A stretch of 64,000 bases of DNA, taken from Lama glama. Its lineage: Eukaryota. Made by a program: the position numbers and the translations under genes. The stretch is taken from the NCBI GenBank assembly GCA_028534125.1, contig CM052818.1, forward strand, positions 15,874,001 to 15,938,000, read 5' to 3'. The notes under the pieces were generated by a model. The model worked only from the letters and a program-made list of their open reading frames with translations. It did no database searches and was not told the DNA's origin. Positions within the stretch are counted from its first letter, which is position 1, and every line of letters starts with the position of its first letter. This document shows positions 39,347 to 53,201 of this stretch, piece after piece.

Positions 39347-40002
39347 GGAATAATAACACAGGTTGATATGTATTGCTGTCTGAAATAATGTACCAGTCAA
39401 AGAGCAGACAGGGAAACAGTCTTCTCTCATCACTTAATCTTGAGTTCACGAGCCAGTACTGCATTGTGTTTTGTTTTGTTTTCTTTCCTGAACATATACG
39501 CCAGAGATGGAGATCACTGGATCATTGTGAAACTCATGAAATATTTGGATACAATACTTAAGCCATTTTACCAGCCATTTTTGCATTCCTACTATGTGAC
39601 ATACACTGCTAGAGGCACTAGTGATGTTAATATAAATTATATTCAGTCCCGACTTCAAGGATTTCAAATCTTATCAGTTAGACTGTGACAGATAGGTGGA
39701 TAAAATGCTATGTTAACACAAATAAGGGAAGACAAAATATCTTCAGAAAGTTCCTCTGGAAATTTGAAAGAACAGGAACAATTTACCACCTTCAATGTGA
39801 TAAAATGGACTGCAAAGAAAATCTCCACAAAGAAAATGACTAACAGGAGTTTCAGGTAATCCCTCATACAAACTCCTTAAATATCTGATTAATGAAAAAT
39901 CCATTCCTATGTGTTCTTTGGCATGATATAGACAAAGCTTAAATATCTGATAAACTCAATGTCTACAAATTATGACACCTGACAAATCAATGAAAAAATA
40001 TT

Positions 40003-40963
40003 CAGTTGACCCTTGAACAACTAAGGAGTCAATGGCACCAACCCCCTGCACAGTCAAGCATCCATATATAACTTCTGACCTCTCCAAAACTTAACTATTA
40101 CTAGCCAACTGTTGACCAGAAGCCTTACTGATAATGTAAATAGTAGATTAATATTTCATATGTTATATGTATAACATACTGTATTCTTACAATAAAGTAA
40201 GCTAGAGAAGAGACAATATTATTAAAGAAGTAATAAGGAAAATACATTCACAGTACTGTATTGTATTTACTGGTACTGGAAGTTAATGTCAGCTGTTTAG
40301 AAGATGAATTGTCTGTTTGTCAGTACCTGCATTAATATTGTTTTACATGACACACAACACTGTAGATGTTATACACATTACTAACATAAGACTTGCTTAA
40401 AAATAAAAAGATAATGTGAAAAACAATATTTACAGGTATAACCATTTATGCATTGATAGTGAAGAAGCAGCAATACAATTGCTTCAAGGTAGCCTAGTCT
40501 ATACACTAATGGATGACTTGTAAAATTTTTATGGCAAATGGTATTACAGTCATATTCATAATATAATTCATATTGGAAATATTGTTACATTAAAAAAACA
40601 CTTATTTGTCATGATAGACTGATACACAGTTTCTTCAATTACAAGAGGGTGGTATACTGTACTGTAATGTAAATCTTTGAAAGCAAAGTTATAAAACAGT
40701 AAGAAAACTGACACATTAATTTTATATGAAATATTGCTTACCTTATGCTTATGTATGGATAGACCAGTAGCTACATATATTTTGTGCATTCATGACAAAA
40801 CTTTTTCTTAACTATTTTGGTATCATAGGCTATGCAGTTCATCTGACAATTTTTTCAAATTGTTTCAAGTCTCCAAAAATTTCTTCAATGTATTTATTGA
40901 AAAAAAAATCTGTGTATGAGTGGACCCATGAAGTTGAAGCCAGTGTTGTTCAAAGGTCAACTG
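40003..40963. mobile_element. Tigger2-derived non-autonomous TcMar DNA transposon
   Basis: TIRs CAGTTGACCCTTGAACAAC and GTTGTTCAAAGGTCAACTG (18/19 match), with TA on the right flank. No transposase ORF. Confidence 0.92.
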
Positions 40964-42184
40964 TATTCCAATATTTAGCATGTATAAAAAGTACCTGAAT
41001 AGATAACTCATTTCAATTTATTGATTGGGCTAAGGGTGGAGGGTGGTTATTAGGAAGAGGAATGGAAGACTGAGGACGGCAGGATGGTAAGTGAAAAGAG
41101 AATTAAATAGAATATTAGCTGTTCAATGGTCATATCGAATTGTGAGCCAGGCTGAAAATGTGACACTCTCACATAAGGGAAAAAGAATGATAGAATTATT
41201 AACACATTGGAAGACTAGTATAAAACAGCATTTGCATTACACTAGTTCAAAATAGTGGTACAGATATTAATTAGTGTCTTAGTAGGGAAATAGTGAGTCT
41301 TTTGCTATTTCTGTCATGGCATTGCTACTGAAGAATAACTCACACCAGAAATTCATTTTCAAGGAACAAACTAACATGAAAGATAAGCAAACTATGCTGA
41401 GTAATTTCACACTTTTTTCCTGCTTTACAATTCTTTTCATGGTATCCCTGGCTATATCACAGTGGAATAAAACTCTTCAAGCAGAACTTAATATAATATA
41501 AGTAGACTGGATTAAACATTCAAATTTTTATTTTTAGCCCAAATGAGTTGCAGATACTGGATGTTAGGTCTTCACATTCATTTGGGGGAAAATTACTATA
41601 AAAGAACTAATTCATTTTTGCAAGGATGACTGTAATTAAATTGTTACCAATACACAGCTCCAGAAATACCTCTAGTGCCGCAGCATATTTAATTTTTGCT
41701 TGCTTGCTCTTTCTTTACACACAAGTGTCCCCACATATAAAATGAGACTCTCACAGCTATATTAGACAGCTCACATTAAACGGACGTATCACCATGGAGA
41801 AGGGTATTTACTGCTCACCTATTACAGACAGTGGTATCTTAACTGCTGGATTGTGGGTAGTTTTTGAGCATACGCAAATTAGTAAAACAAGATCTTTTGT
41901 TATTGCTTTCTTAATTTTCCTGAGTAGGGGGCATCAAACCACACATGAGTTAATTTCTATTCCTCATGGTTTAACAGTTTGTGACCTTAGGTCAAAGGAT
42001 AGCAGAACTCCCTCTTGAGAAATTCCAGAGGCCAAGTGGCCTGACTGAAGAGATTTCAGGGACCTGGAAAAATTGTGGGAACCAAGACAAGTTGTTGACA
42101 ATTCCATAATTCCAGGACTTTGGCTCCAGAGATTTTTAGTCTTTACCTCTGGTATGTTTTTCCTTACACGGTATATCCAATCTA

Positions 42185-42890
42185 TGTTGACATCTTCATG
42201 GATCCTGCTATTATTGCCTGACTTAAAATTGAATCTGCCTTAGTCTCTTTTTTTCACAGTAGGTATCACCTTCTAATATAACATAATTGACTTGTTTTTC
42301 AATCAACCACTGTTTCTCCCTCACTGCTAGAATATAATCTTCATCAGGGCAGTTTATTGTTTATTGTCTGTTATTTTCTGATTAAATGAAATTCCTAGCA
42401 CAGGGTTTTACCTCATAGTAGTGCTGAATAAATATTAACTGATTGGCTACATGAGGCTGACATCTGAGCAAAAACAGAAATGTGGTAAGGGAGTAAATCA
42501 TATGGACATCTGCAGAGACTTTGTTCCACAAGGAGGAAACAAAGTGTGAAGAGTCAAGACAGAAGTCACAAGCAGCAAAGATGCCAGCGTGGCACGAAGA
42601 AGTGAGTTATGGGTCAAGCATGAGAAATAAAGGCACATAGCTAGTAAGTGATGGAGCCTAAATTTAAACCCAGACAGTCTGGCTTAGAACCTGTGCTCTT
42701 AGCTATTAAACTGAGATCAGTATCCAATTCTGTCACTTACTAGAGTATGACTGAGAGCAAGGTTCATGAATACTCTCAACCCCAGTTCTCTCACTAGTGA
42801 TAGAGGGGTAACTATCTCATAGAAATGTTGTGGGAATTAAGTGAAATGTTGAATTGTAAAATGCCTTACAAGTTTACTAAATATTATACC
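42185..42890. mobile_element. Cluster of L2 and MIR fragments in alternating orientations
   Basis: L2 3' end (+) to about 42450, L2-like (-) to about 42620, MIR (-) at about 42630-42710, MIR (+) at about 42715-42890. Confidence 0.6.
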
Positions 42891-43830
42891 TCTTCCTACC
42901 CAACGCAGAGCCCCCTTGTTTGTTGCGCACACTGTAGGGGTCTGACTCAGAGAAGAACTTAAAAAAAAAAGCCCACCAGTCCCCAAATCTAAATCTGAGA
43001 ACCATTAGCAAATCTAACCCACCAAGCTGATATCAAAGAATATTCTAAAGGAGTATCGGGAAATAATGAATTCTCAGGTAAACTCAGGTCAGAACCAGCT
43101 GGCATGTGATCAATTGTCTAATCAGGGAATTACTCAGGGATGGACAATGAATTTTGAATAATGACTTAGCCTGCTGTTGGCCTCAAGATAGCTGAGTTTC
43201 CCCTTTTAAGGAGAGTCTGTGGTGAGGGAGAAAGACCTAGGGCAAACATAATCCTAATTACAATCCTAGGCAGGGGACCTCACTTTTAACTGGGGGAGTT
43301 GATGCTGGTTTTATTTTTTGTGTCTCTTCAACTCACATGGAAGAAATTAGTGAGCATTTGCTTACTGCACTGGAGATTAACTTTACTAGGCAGAGTATGG
43401 ACCCAACAATTCACGTAAAATTTAAAGAATTAGAGGGGTTTATAAAAAGAGTTGACTCCAATAAACTGGAGTATTTCTATATTATAAAAATAGTCCATCA
43501 CTGTGGTCAACATGAAAGGTATTTAAAGTCTTAGATTTAGGGAGAGGATAACACTTAAATATTATCTACAACTTCAGTTCTTTAGAATTGTCCTGAATGG
43601 GTTTCTGTGCACAAGTCTTGCCCTCCAATTAGAGAGCAAACTCACTGTGTGGTCACTCTCCTGCCATAGCTGCTCTTCCCTCCCCAACCCCTAACACATT
43701 GACACACCCATCACAGTTCCGGATATGTTGAAAAACTTTCTATTTGGTTGACTCTGGTAGGAAAAAAAAAATCTACAAGTTTAGGTGAAAAACCCAAAAG
43801 AAGAGGAATTGTAGTCAGGCAATAACAATT

Positions 43831-44631
43831 CAGGGCTGACAGCCATTAGGCACAGTAGGTGCTGTACCAAGAGCCCACAATAATTTTAAGAGCCCACTGT
43901 GGGGGAGGAAAAAAAGATTTCCCTCTACCTTTTCTAGGTTCTTCCAGCTGGTTTAAGAATAAAATTGAATTGGACAGATCGACAGGAGAAAATCAATATA
44001 ATCTTGTATGTATGAGGGTTCCATAAGAATATGGGGTCCAAGTAGGACTTAGGCAATTGAGGCTTACGTGCTGTCTGAGAAGAAGAGAAATGGGTAGGAG
44101 TTTGGCCTTTCAAAGGGAAGGAAGGCAACTTCACATGGAGATGAAAAAGCAAACGTTTGGTAAACAAATGTTTACCGAGACAATGGGACCCTGAGAGGAC
44201 TTTGGTCTGTAGGCCTTGCAGAATTCCCCTGCCACACTTAGCCCATATTCTTTGTAGGTCTCCTTGGAGACAGTGCTCTTCCTGGACCAGAATCTTTATA
44301 TAAATTCTTTAGGCAGCTAAGGGAGAGGTAAACAGAAAGACTTTCTGAGTCTTCTGTTTCCTAAAAATAATCAACCTAAAATACTCCTCATGCCAAAGAG
44401 ACACATTTTGGGTTGGCAAATTTTGCTTTCCTACACAACGAAAATGTTTTAACTTCTTTAAAAATCAGAAGAAAGAACAATGTCTAGGTCAAAGAAAATG
44501 TTTTGACATATGGTATTAATATACATTCTTTTACCAATGTGATTATAAAATATAATTTTTATTTTTTTCCATGGAGGAAGAAGCCCGTGACAACAAACAT
44601 GTCTGGGCCCATGTAAGCCATCATATAACTG
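43831..44631. mobile_element. hAT-Tip100 (Arthur1/MER45-like) element split by an LTR
   Basis: CAGGGC...TAGGCACAGTAGG...GAGCCCAC on the left resumes as GAAAATGTTTTAACTTCTTTAAAAATCAGAAG on the right of the LTR. Confidence 0.7.
43898..44435 (-). mobile_element. MER34-like ERV1 solo LTR
   Basis: The minus strand starts TGTAGGAAAGCAAAATTTGCCAACCCAAAATGTGTCTCTTTGGCATGAGGA and ends TTCCTCCCCCACA. TSD CCAC/CAAC. Confidence 0.85.
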
Positions 44632-46181
44632 AACTCAATGTATGTTTTATGTTTGGAATATAAACATTGCCCAATGGTATAGCTCTACCATGCCCATCTT
44701 TTTAAAAAATATATACCTCTCTTCTTTCAGAGCGCATCAAGAAAGCATGCCGCTACATGCCTAAGGAATCAACTAGGAGGTAGGGTCAGATTGGCAAAAA
44801 CCACCAGCACAGGAAACCAGAGACCTTACTCCCAGCTGAGCCTTCTTAGTCCAAGCTTGTTCTGGTTCCTGGCTTGATCGTGGCTCCGTGGCTTCCCTCT
44901 GTTCTTCTACTAGGTTTGGGAGTCTGGCTCTCACATGCTGATTTTTTTTTTTTAATCTTACTTTTATCTACTGGCTTTGCTTCATTCTACATGTGCACTT
45001 TTAACTCAGAGATGTGATATTTAGGCTGGAATGTAAAGCCTAATTCTCAGAAATCCCTTTCTAGAAAAGGTGTGTACTGTATCCCTGCATTAACCACCAA
45101 GCCACATCAGTTTTGCAAGAGTGGGTCATGCTTCAAGTCCTGACACTGAGGGTGAGAGAAAATACTGTCCCCCAAACTGATGCAATTCCAACTATAAAAC
45201 AACCTACTTCTCTGCAGTGGCGACGATCTCCAAAGCTCACAAAATTTCTATTCACCCCTCATAAAGGGAGAGTTTAGGACATAGTGTTATTCTTAATTGT
45301 TAATTTAAAATTATTACTATTTCATAATTGTACCCCCTTGTTCTGCAGCAGGTGAGAAAAGGACAACTATGTAGTATTAGGCTAATATTTTTTCTTGTAA
45401 TGGACATAAGAAATCAGACCTGAAAAGGCTAATCCTAAGAAGTGCGCCTTTTTATTGCATTTTTTCATTTGCTGATTCATTCATTCAATCAGGTATTTAG
45501 TTTAAAAAAAGCAAGATATATTCTATGCCAAGTATGGCTCATGTTCCTTCTGTTTATTTTATACTGTTTTAGCCCTATACCTAAAGTATTCATTGATTGA
45601 AATTTTACATCATAACTTTATATTAAACATACTTGATAAACAAAGTTAATTTACATCAGTCTGAGGAGAGGGCCTCTCCGGATTTGATGGACACTGTAAA
45701 TAGGATCTATCAATTTTAATTTGTCACTCTTTCCCTGTTTCTCTGGGACTGAGCTAGGACACCTGTGATGGTCTATACTGAGAAAACAACATTGGACCTG
45801 TGGGTCAGGGCCTATAGCGGGGATTCAGAAAAGAAAACTGAAGACAATATGGATAAGACAGACAAATGTAAACAAAAGTTAGACAAGCTGGACCTTTTTC
45901 AATCCCCTGAGGATCTGTTACTTTTTTAAGGCGTGCAAGGAGAGCACAACAGTTAAACAGCATTACTTCTCGCATTATCCAGGATCAGGCATGTCATGAA
46001 AACTCTGCACTGGTCACAAAAGAGGAAGAGGGAGACTGGAAAACTGTGTAGGGACTTTCACAACCTCAGTCTGAGTCAACACACTGTTCCTATTCACATT
46101 TTACTGACCAGCACTGGTAACCTGCTCTGCTGGTTTCTGGGGCTGGAGAGCCTATCACTGTCGTTCCCAGGACAGAGTTGC

Positions 46182-46326
46182 TAGGTTGGACATATATGTG
46201 TGTGTACACAAGGGATATTCAGTGGAATTTGTATTTCAGATGGACAAAAATAACTGACATATACTAAAAATCGTCTATCTGAAATTCAAATTTAACTGAG
46301 CATCTTGTATTTTAACTGGCAATCGT
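46182..46326. mobile_element. Degenerate MER53
   Basis: TATCTGAAATTCAAATTTAACTGAGCATCTTGTATTTTAACTGGCAA matches the MER53 arm. Confidence 0.7.
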
Positions 46327-47611
46327 CCATCAAGGAAAGGCGCCTTGGTGAACACTGGTAATGTCCACTTCAATTCTCTAATCAAATGCCCTCGGGCATT
46401 TGCTGTCGTCTAGGGAAACAATTGTTTTCCCCCTGGAAATCCTTCTGGCAACCCTCGGAGCATACCACCTTGGCCCTCTCTTGGGTGACTGAAGGAAACT
46501 ATTTACTGTTTTTACTCCTTACTTCTGCTCTTTTTTAATAATCCACTTTTGTAAAAACCATGGTTTACAAACTAGCGTCACAGCAACCGATAAGGCAAAT
46601 TTAGCTTGCTGAAGTGTGTCCTGAGGTGTCTGCAGACAGCGCCTATTGACTTTTGTTGAAGGACAGAGTTCGACTTATAGAAATAGCACAACTTGCCCCT
46701 AAGGCTATATTCCATGAACAGAGCAAAGTTTAGAATGGATGAGCAGCTTTAAAGTTACACTGGAACAGAAGCAATAGTCCAGGGAATTAAACTTTTAGAA
46801 ACTAGCTTAAAAAGTTGGTCTGAGGAGATGTGTATGAATGTGAATTTTAGGAGAAATGATTTATACACAGTGGAAGAAATGTCTGGGGGAAAGAGGTGAA
46901 AGGACAGGGCGTGTATTAGGAAAATGCATTCCAAGACCATTTCTGTGGCTTGGTGGAGGATTCATTCCCAAACTCCAATAATTAGATGAGAGACAACATG
47001 AACAACATGATTAAGACAAATCAAATGAGACAATGAATCTGGGGTACAACATTGAGATAGTGTAGATACCCTGCTTGGTTCAGTTCCTGACTTAAAAGGC
47101 TTATAAGGGTTTAATAATTTTGTAAGACATTATTACTCACTTTCATAGACTCCAAGGCATTTTTTTCATCATTAAACCTTTCTTAAAGTCAGAGAGGCAT
47201 TAAACCTTTTCTTAAAGTCATACTAAAAGTCTGTAAAATCTTAAAACTATCTGCTGCCAGGTAGTAGTGGTGACGTAGTGGTGTAAAAACCTTCCTTTGA
47301 TGTCTGTGGTAAGATCAAGAAATTGCATCAAAGTGTCTGTGATTAGAAAAAATACAGTGTTATTAAACCAAACATGGTTAGATTGCTTGTAAGAAATATT
47401 AATTCCCAACCTAACTCTTGGTGCCAGATATTGTTAACTCTACAAATTTACATTCTTCTTACCCAACCATATTCTCATTTGCTTGAAAATAGTCAATATA
47501 TCCTTACGTATGTATGCACCTGTTTTGGTTCCTAGTACCATGCTTTTCATTTAATGTGTTAAGCCAATACTTGTAAGATCTATTGATCTGGGGATTTAAA
47601 AAGCATTGCAT

Positions 47612-47835
47612 TGCCAGGGATCTTTGTTGTGATGGAATTCTTCTCTATCTTCACTGTACAAATATCAACAAAGTATAATATTGTACTATAACTTTGCAAG
47701 ATATCAAACCATAGGGGGAAAGTGGTAAAAAACATGCAGTATCTCTTAGATTATTTCTTACTATGTGAACCTATATTTGAATCTATACAATCTCTACTTT
47801 AATCCATACAATTATCTCCAAGTAAAGTTCAATTT
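47612..47835 (+). mobile_element. Old L1 (L1MD-like) 3' end
   Basis: GGGATCTTTGTTGTGATGGAA...TTGTACTATAACTTTGCAAGAT...TATTTCTTA...AATTATCTC. Flanked by AAAAAGCATTGCAT and AAAAATGCATTGCAT. Confidence 0.8.
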
Positions 47836-50339
47836 AAAAATGCATTGCATCTTGACTACCCTTGTTTGGTGTTTCTTTTGTTATGGTAGTAACTTGTTTT
47901 TGTTTTATATAAATTGAGGGGATGCATATAAAATTATTTTTAATAAAATAAACTAAAGAGAGTAAAGCAAAAATCATTTAAGTACTGATCCATGTAAGTA
48001 CATTTGCCTCTTTTTGTAAACTGTTAAAACCTTTTAAGTCATCTAAAATTGCTGGGCGCTGGGGGAGTTGTATACACTCAGTGGCTCCAGTTAGTTTGTG
48101 TCTTTTAATTTTCACTTCCTTTGCCAATTTAATGCCTTATTTGCTATTGCCAGCTTCTCTCCCTGGGAGTCACTTCACCTTCCCAAGTATTTTATCACCT
48201 CAAACACAACCCATCTGTGTTGTTTCAGGCCAACTGAAACAACAAAAGAGGGCCGTGCCAACCCCTCTGTGAATTCAGGTAACTTCTTCTGCCCTTGAGC
48301 ACTTGATCCTTTTGGAAATGACTTTATCCATTTTCTTTTTCTTCTGAATAAAATACAAGATAGATTTAATTATCCAGTGCAGAAAATCTGAACAAAAGAA
48401 GCTAAGGTGATAGGGGGACATTTTACCAAGGTCTCAAATGTCACTTCAGAGGACCCTAATAAAAGTTCAAAGCTGGGAGATGTACTTCTGAGGCTTCTGT
48501 GCCCATGAGATAGGATCAGGTTTCATAGTCTTAACTCAAATAATATGACATTTCTGTTTCTCCTGTACTATTACCTGAAGTATGTGCACCCACAATCTCC
48601 AAGAGAAATTCAATCACTAGCTAATCCTCTATGCGTTTGGCTATATATGCAGGGCCTAGTGATTTTATAATGTAGCACTGGGGTCAAGTATTTTACTAAA
48701 AGATATTCTTTTAGAGTGAATTTGGAATTTAACAGGATTGAGAGTGGTCTGTCTTAGAGAATAGCACTCCTGTAGTAATAATGATAAAAATAACAGTAGT
48801 AATAATAATTATAGTAACACCAAGTGTCCAAAGGGACAGAAAACATTGCCATATATCATCTATTTTGGAAGCTTTATTATCCCCATGATGTTCCAAATTG
48901 AAGGTAGCTTGACTTTCTGAAGGCTGTCTTACTAGAACTTTGTAAAGATAGGGAAACAGAAAGAGGAGGAAAGAATTACATATGTCAACCTCCCTCCTTT
49001 CCACCTCAACCACTCTTATCTTGGGAAGAGGAAGCATAACACTCTTTCCACACTCTCACACTGCAAACTACAGAGCATCTCCCCGTAGCTTGTTACCTTC
49101 TACGTTGAGTTGTGTGTTATATTTCACTTAAATGAACTTGACTAAAACAAGGGATGTGGCTGGGTGCATAATCTGAATTGCCCCAGGCAGATCTTTCTTT
49201 AGGTCACCTGGATAATAGAAAGAATACTGGGGTGGACATATATGTGAGTGTGTTTAGCGTAAACAAGGAGGTTTGGAAGGATACACCCAATGTGATAACT
49301 TTACAGAAGAGAAGTAGGAAAACCAAAACTGAGGGTAGGGAGGAGGTTAACTGATTTCAGTTTCCTTTATTTATAAGAATAAAGTAATTATGTATTATAA
49401 TGGGAAAAAAAAAAAACTAAGTGAAAGGTATTTCCAAGGTAGTCTTGCTCTGAAGTATCGTGTTTATACCAAGCCCTTAAGTCAATTCTCCCAGAATGGA
49501 CGCTGCAGGTGTATGTGCTTGGGAAATACTAATGATGCTGTTAAAGGATCACCTTCCCCATCTTCCCCTCAAATCTCAGATCCTAGCAAAGACTTCAGGT
49601 CTGCTTGCAGATATTTAGACAAATGAGTTGATAAGGGTTAATGATAATGGCCATTTAATTCTGTCCATTTAATTTAATTCTGGATTAATTCTGGGTGTTT
49701 CAAGGTCTTTGAGTGTTTTTAAGGAAGCCTTTCTTTCTATTCAGCTAATCCTATTGTTATTCCCAAACTATAAGTACATGAGTAAATCCCACAATAATTT
49801 ACTGCCTCTGTGATAATCAGGACTTCTGTGTCATAGTAGAATCAGTATAAGAGTGTCAAAAGGAAAGGACAACTCTGTTTTTAGGCAGTTTATTACCTAC
49901 GAAGTGTAACTGAAACCTTTCTTTCTGAAACCTTCCTGGAGATAAAGTAACATAAATTGACTGGAGATGGAGAGAAATAGTAGAGATTTAGAACGTTCAG
50001 CTCATCAATTCAGCTTCTTAAACTTTGAAAATTTTCAAGAACCTATCAAAAATATAAGACTTTTCCTTTCTCCCTAAGTGTATTTATTTTTCTCGATTGT
50101 TTTAGTCCTTTTTATTTGCCTGTGAGGTAAGACCATCCAAAATGTTCTGATGAAATTATCAATTTATCTTAGATAACTTTAGATTTACCTTGACCTTCCA
50201 ACTGTTTTTGACACTTACTTAAATATAGCCGTGATAAAGGATGGAGGCGTGGTGGGAGAAAATACTCAGTTTCCTTCTGTTGTTGTTATTGATGATTGCT
50301 TTCATTGATTTCTGAAATACCTAAAATGATCCACAGTGA

Positions 50340-50462
50340 GAGATATGTAGGTCTCCTTCCCCTCCACTGAAGGTGCTCTCAGAAGAACTCTTTAAAAAGC
50401 ATCCTACATGCTAATTTCTACCTCAATCTTTATCTGCTTCATGAGGACCCCGATTTGCAACA
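50340..50462 (+). mobile_element. LTR16-like 3' fragment
   Basis: CATCCTACATGCTAATTTCTACCTCAATC...TCTGCTTCATGAGGACCCCGATTTGCAACA. Confidence 0.5.
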
Positions 50463-51509
50463 CATCTTAAGCAATGTCAAAAGACAAATGACATCCTGGA
50501 AAATAACATTCACAGTACTTAACACAGATAAAGGACTAAGGAAAAGAGCAACCTAAATAGAAAAACAGGCAACAGACATAAACAGGCAATGTATATAAAA
50601 TACATAGGAAGAGCCCTTACACCTATGTCTAGATGTTACTCTTTAAAAGAAAATTGCAATTTAAAACTATACCAAAATACTCTTTCTAAACTATCATATT
50701 TGATGTAAATTTAGAAGTTTAATAATACATTATGTTGTTAAGGCTGTGGGAAAATAGGCAGATTCATACATTGACTGTGAGAATGCAAACTGATTCAACC
50801 ATTATGGGAAGGAGTTTTGTAATATCTAAATAAAACTACATGTGTTTAATTTTTGACACAGCAATCCCACTTCCAGGAATTTACTATGAAGATACAATGC
50901 CAACAATATGAAAATGCATATGCACAAGGTTGTTTTTCCTTGAATGGTTGGCAATTGCAAAATACTGTAGACAACTTAAATGTCCATCTATGGAATATTG
51001 GTTAGAGCAAATATAGCATGTTCACACATTGTTGGTATAATGCTATCATAAGAAAAAATGGGGGAGATCTTAATGAACTGATATGGAGTGCTCTCCTCTA
51101 TGAATGAAGTTCAAAAAGCAGAGTACAAAAGAGCACATGTAGTATGTTAGTTTTTTTGTGTAAGAAAGAAAGGGAAATAAGAAAATATGCATGCTTTTGC
51201 TTATTTGTGCAAAGAGAAACCTAAGAAGCATAAAGCAGATATCAATGATACTAGTTAACTTCCACTGGTAGAAATGAAGTTGAAGGATTTGAAGTAAAGG
51301 ACTACATTTGTTTGCATAAGACTTTTCATATAGCATTGACTTTGGGAAACTCTGATGCTTTACATTCTCAAAAATTTACAAGGAAAAGAAACAACTAAAA
51401 TAGAAGACAAACAAATAAATGAACTTAATTGTACTTCAAATAAATACATTACCACAGTAAAAGGAAATAAGAATTAACTCAAATAACTTTCAAATACATT
51501 TTTGACTAT

Positions 51510-52208
51510 TGTTGGGGAAAGATAATTGAAAACAAAATCTTTCAACCCAGAAAACCCTCCATGAAGGTAGTAGGGGGAAGAAGAGTTTTACTATTGAATA
51601 AGCATTAAACTAGAATGTGGTATGCATCACAGGCAGTCCACTAAGATATTGCAAAGACAGGAAGGAATCACTCTTTTCTATAACCAAGTAGCTAGCACCC
51701 ATCTCATACATATTCTCCAGATAAGCACTAACTAATCCTCAAGAAAAAGGAATTGATAGCACCATTTATCACATATGATTCATTCTAAATTTACCTGGAA
51801 ATTGGGGTAACTATCTGTGTTAGTTAATCGGTCTTACACAAAAGAAAAATAAACTCCTATCTTTATGAAAGGAGGTAGGTTTGCAACTTGGAGCCAGGTG
51901 TCAGCTCAAGTTAGGATTCTACCCTTCCACAGAAAAGGGCTTTATTTCCCCTAATGTTTGTTTACATTTTAAAAGTAACTCCCTTGATGGCTTTTTTTTT
52001 TCTTTATATTTCTAGCTCCTTGAGAAAAACTTTTCTGGATTGTAAAACTGGGAAGAAGCTTTAAAAAAAAAAACTTATGTACATTAACAGCTACTAGTTT
52101 ACAAAAGAAAATGTTCTAAGAAAAGGGAGAAGGGGTAAATTTCTGTCCTTATTTTTATCAGGAGAATTAAATTAAGCCTCTTATTTTCAATTTTTATTTG
52201 TTTTTATG
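51510..52208 (-). mobile_element. ERV1-type solo LTR nested in L1M
   Basis: Starts TGTTGGGG with 4-bp TSD CTAT (51506-51509 and 52209-52212). Host L1 text resumes afterwards. Family uncertain. Confidence 0.75.
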
Positions 52209-53201
52209 CTATCAGTCTAAAGACAAAAATAACTGTAAACAAATACTAATCTATGGTTATTAGTAGGTTTGTTTTTCACAGTGATATGAGCAGCAATTCT
52301 GAAATTGCTTTTTGTGTTTTCCATGACTGAGAGAATAAGCACATATACTAAGGATAATGGGAGCCACGTTTCTCAAAGTTTGGGAAGGGACTTACAAATA
52401 ATGAAGGGAGAATATTTAGAATGCACTATATGGTGTTGGTTTGGAATTGGAGGTATCAGTATCAGCTCATGGTTTTAGTATATAAAGGTAGATACAGAAG
52501 AAGATATAGGGACATGCTTATATCTGCATCACACACTGAAACTTCCTAGCTCTGCCATGGAGACAGCCTAGATGAAATAATGCTCCAGTGGCAATGTTCA
52601 TGGTTATAAAACCATGTTGCCTTTAAAGGAGCCTGGTCTCCTTGGAAAAAATGCTGATTACAGAGATGGAATGAAGAAGTACAAGATAAAGCAGAAACAT
52701 CTTTTTGATTCAGAAAAAAAAAGGAAATGCTTGAAGAATGTGAGAATGTGTCAAGAAAACACACTAGTTAGCTTGAAGAGATTCTCACTAGCTAAATTCT
52801 AGACAACTTGAGAATCAAAATTAACACGGGGAGTAATGGATTATAATTTGAATGAAATAACAATCTATGTGTCCATAATGATATAAATCTGTAAAATGAG
52901 TAGATGACTACATGGAGGAGAATGGAAAGCTCTTCAGCACAGGTACAAAGAATGACAGAGATAAGAAAATCAATTATTAGAATTGTCATTTATCTTGGCA
53001 AGAATCACCAATGGATGCTAAAACAATAGGGGTAAGTTTGGTGAGAAACAAGAGTTCTCAACTATTTCCCCACAAATTACATATTAAATGTAGGAGTAAA
53101 ATCAGTAATTGTAAAGTAAAAAAATTTGATAGATACCAACTTACCCTAGTGAACAAAGTTAATATAATCAATAAGGAGACATACTGACATCATGAATCTC
53201 C

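Noticed and set aside
44731..44779. Possible 49-bp exon (CTCTCTTCTTTCAG ... GAG/GTAGGG)
   Set aside because: The donor is weak, the peptide is unrecognisable, and there are no supporting neighbouring exons.
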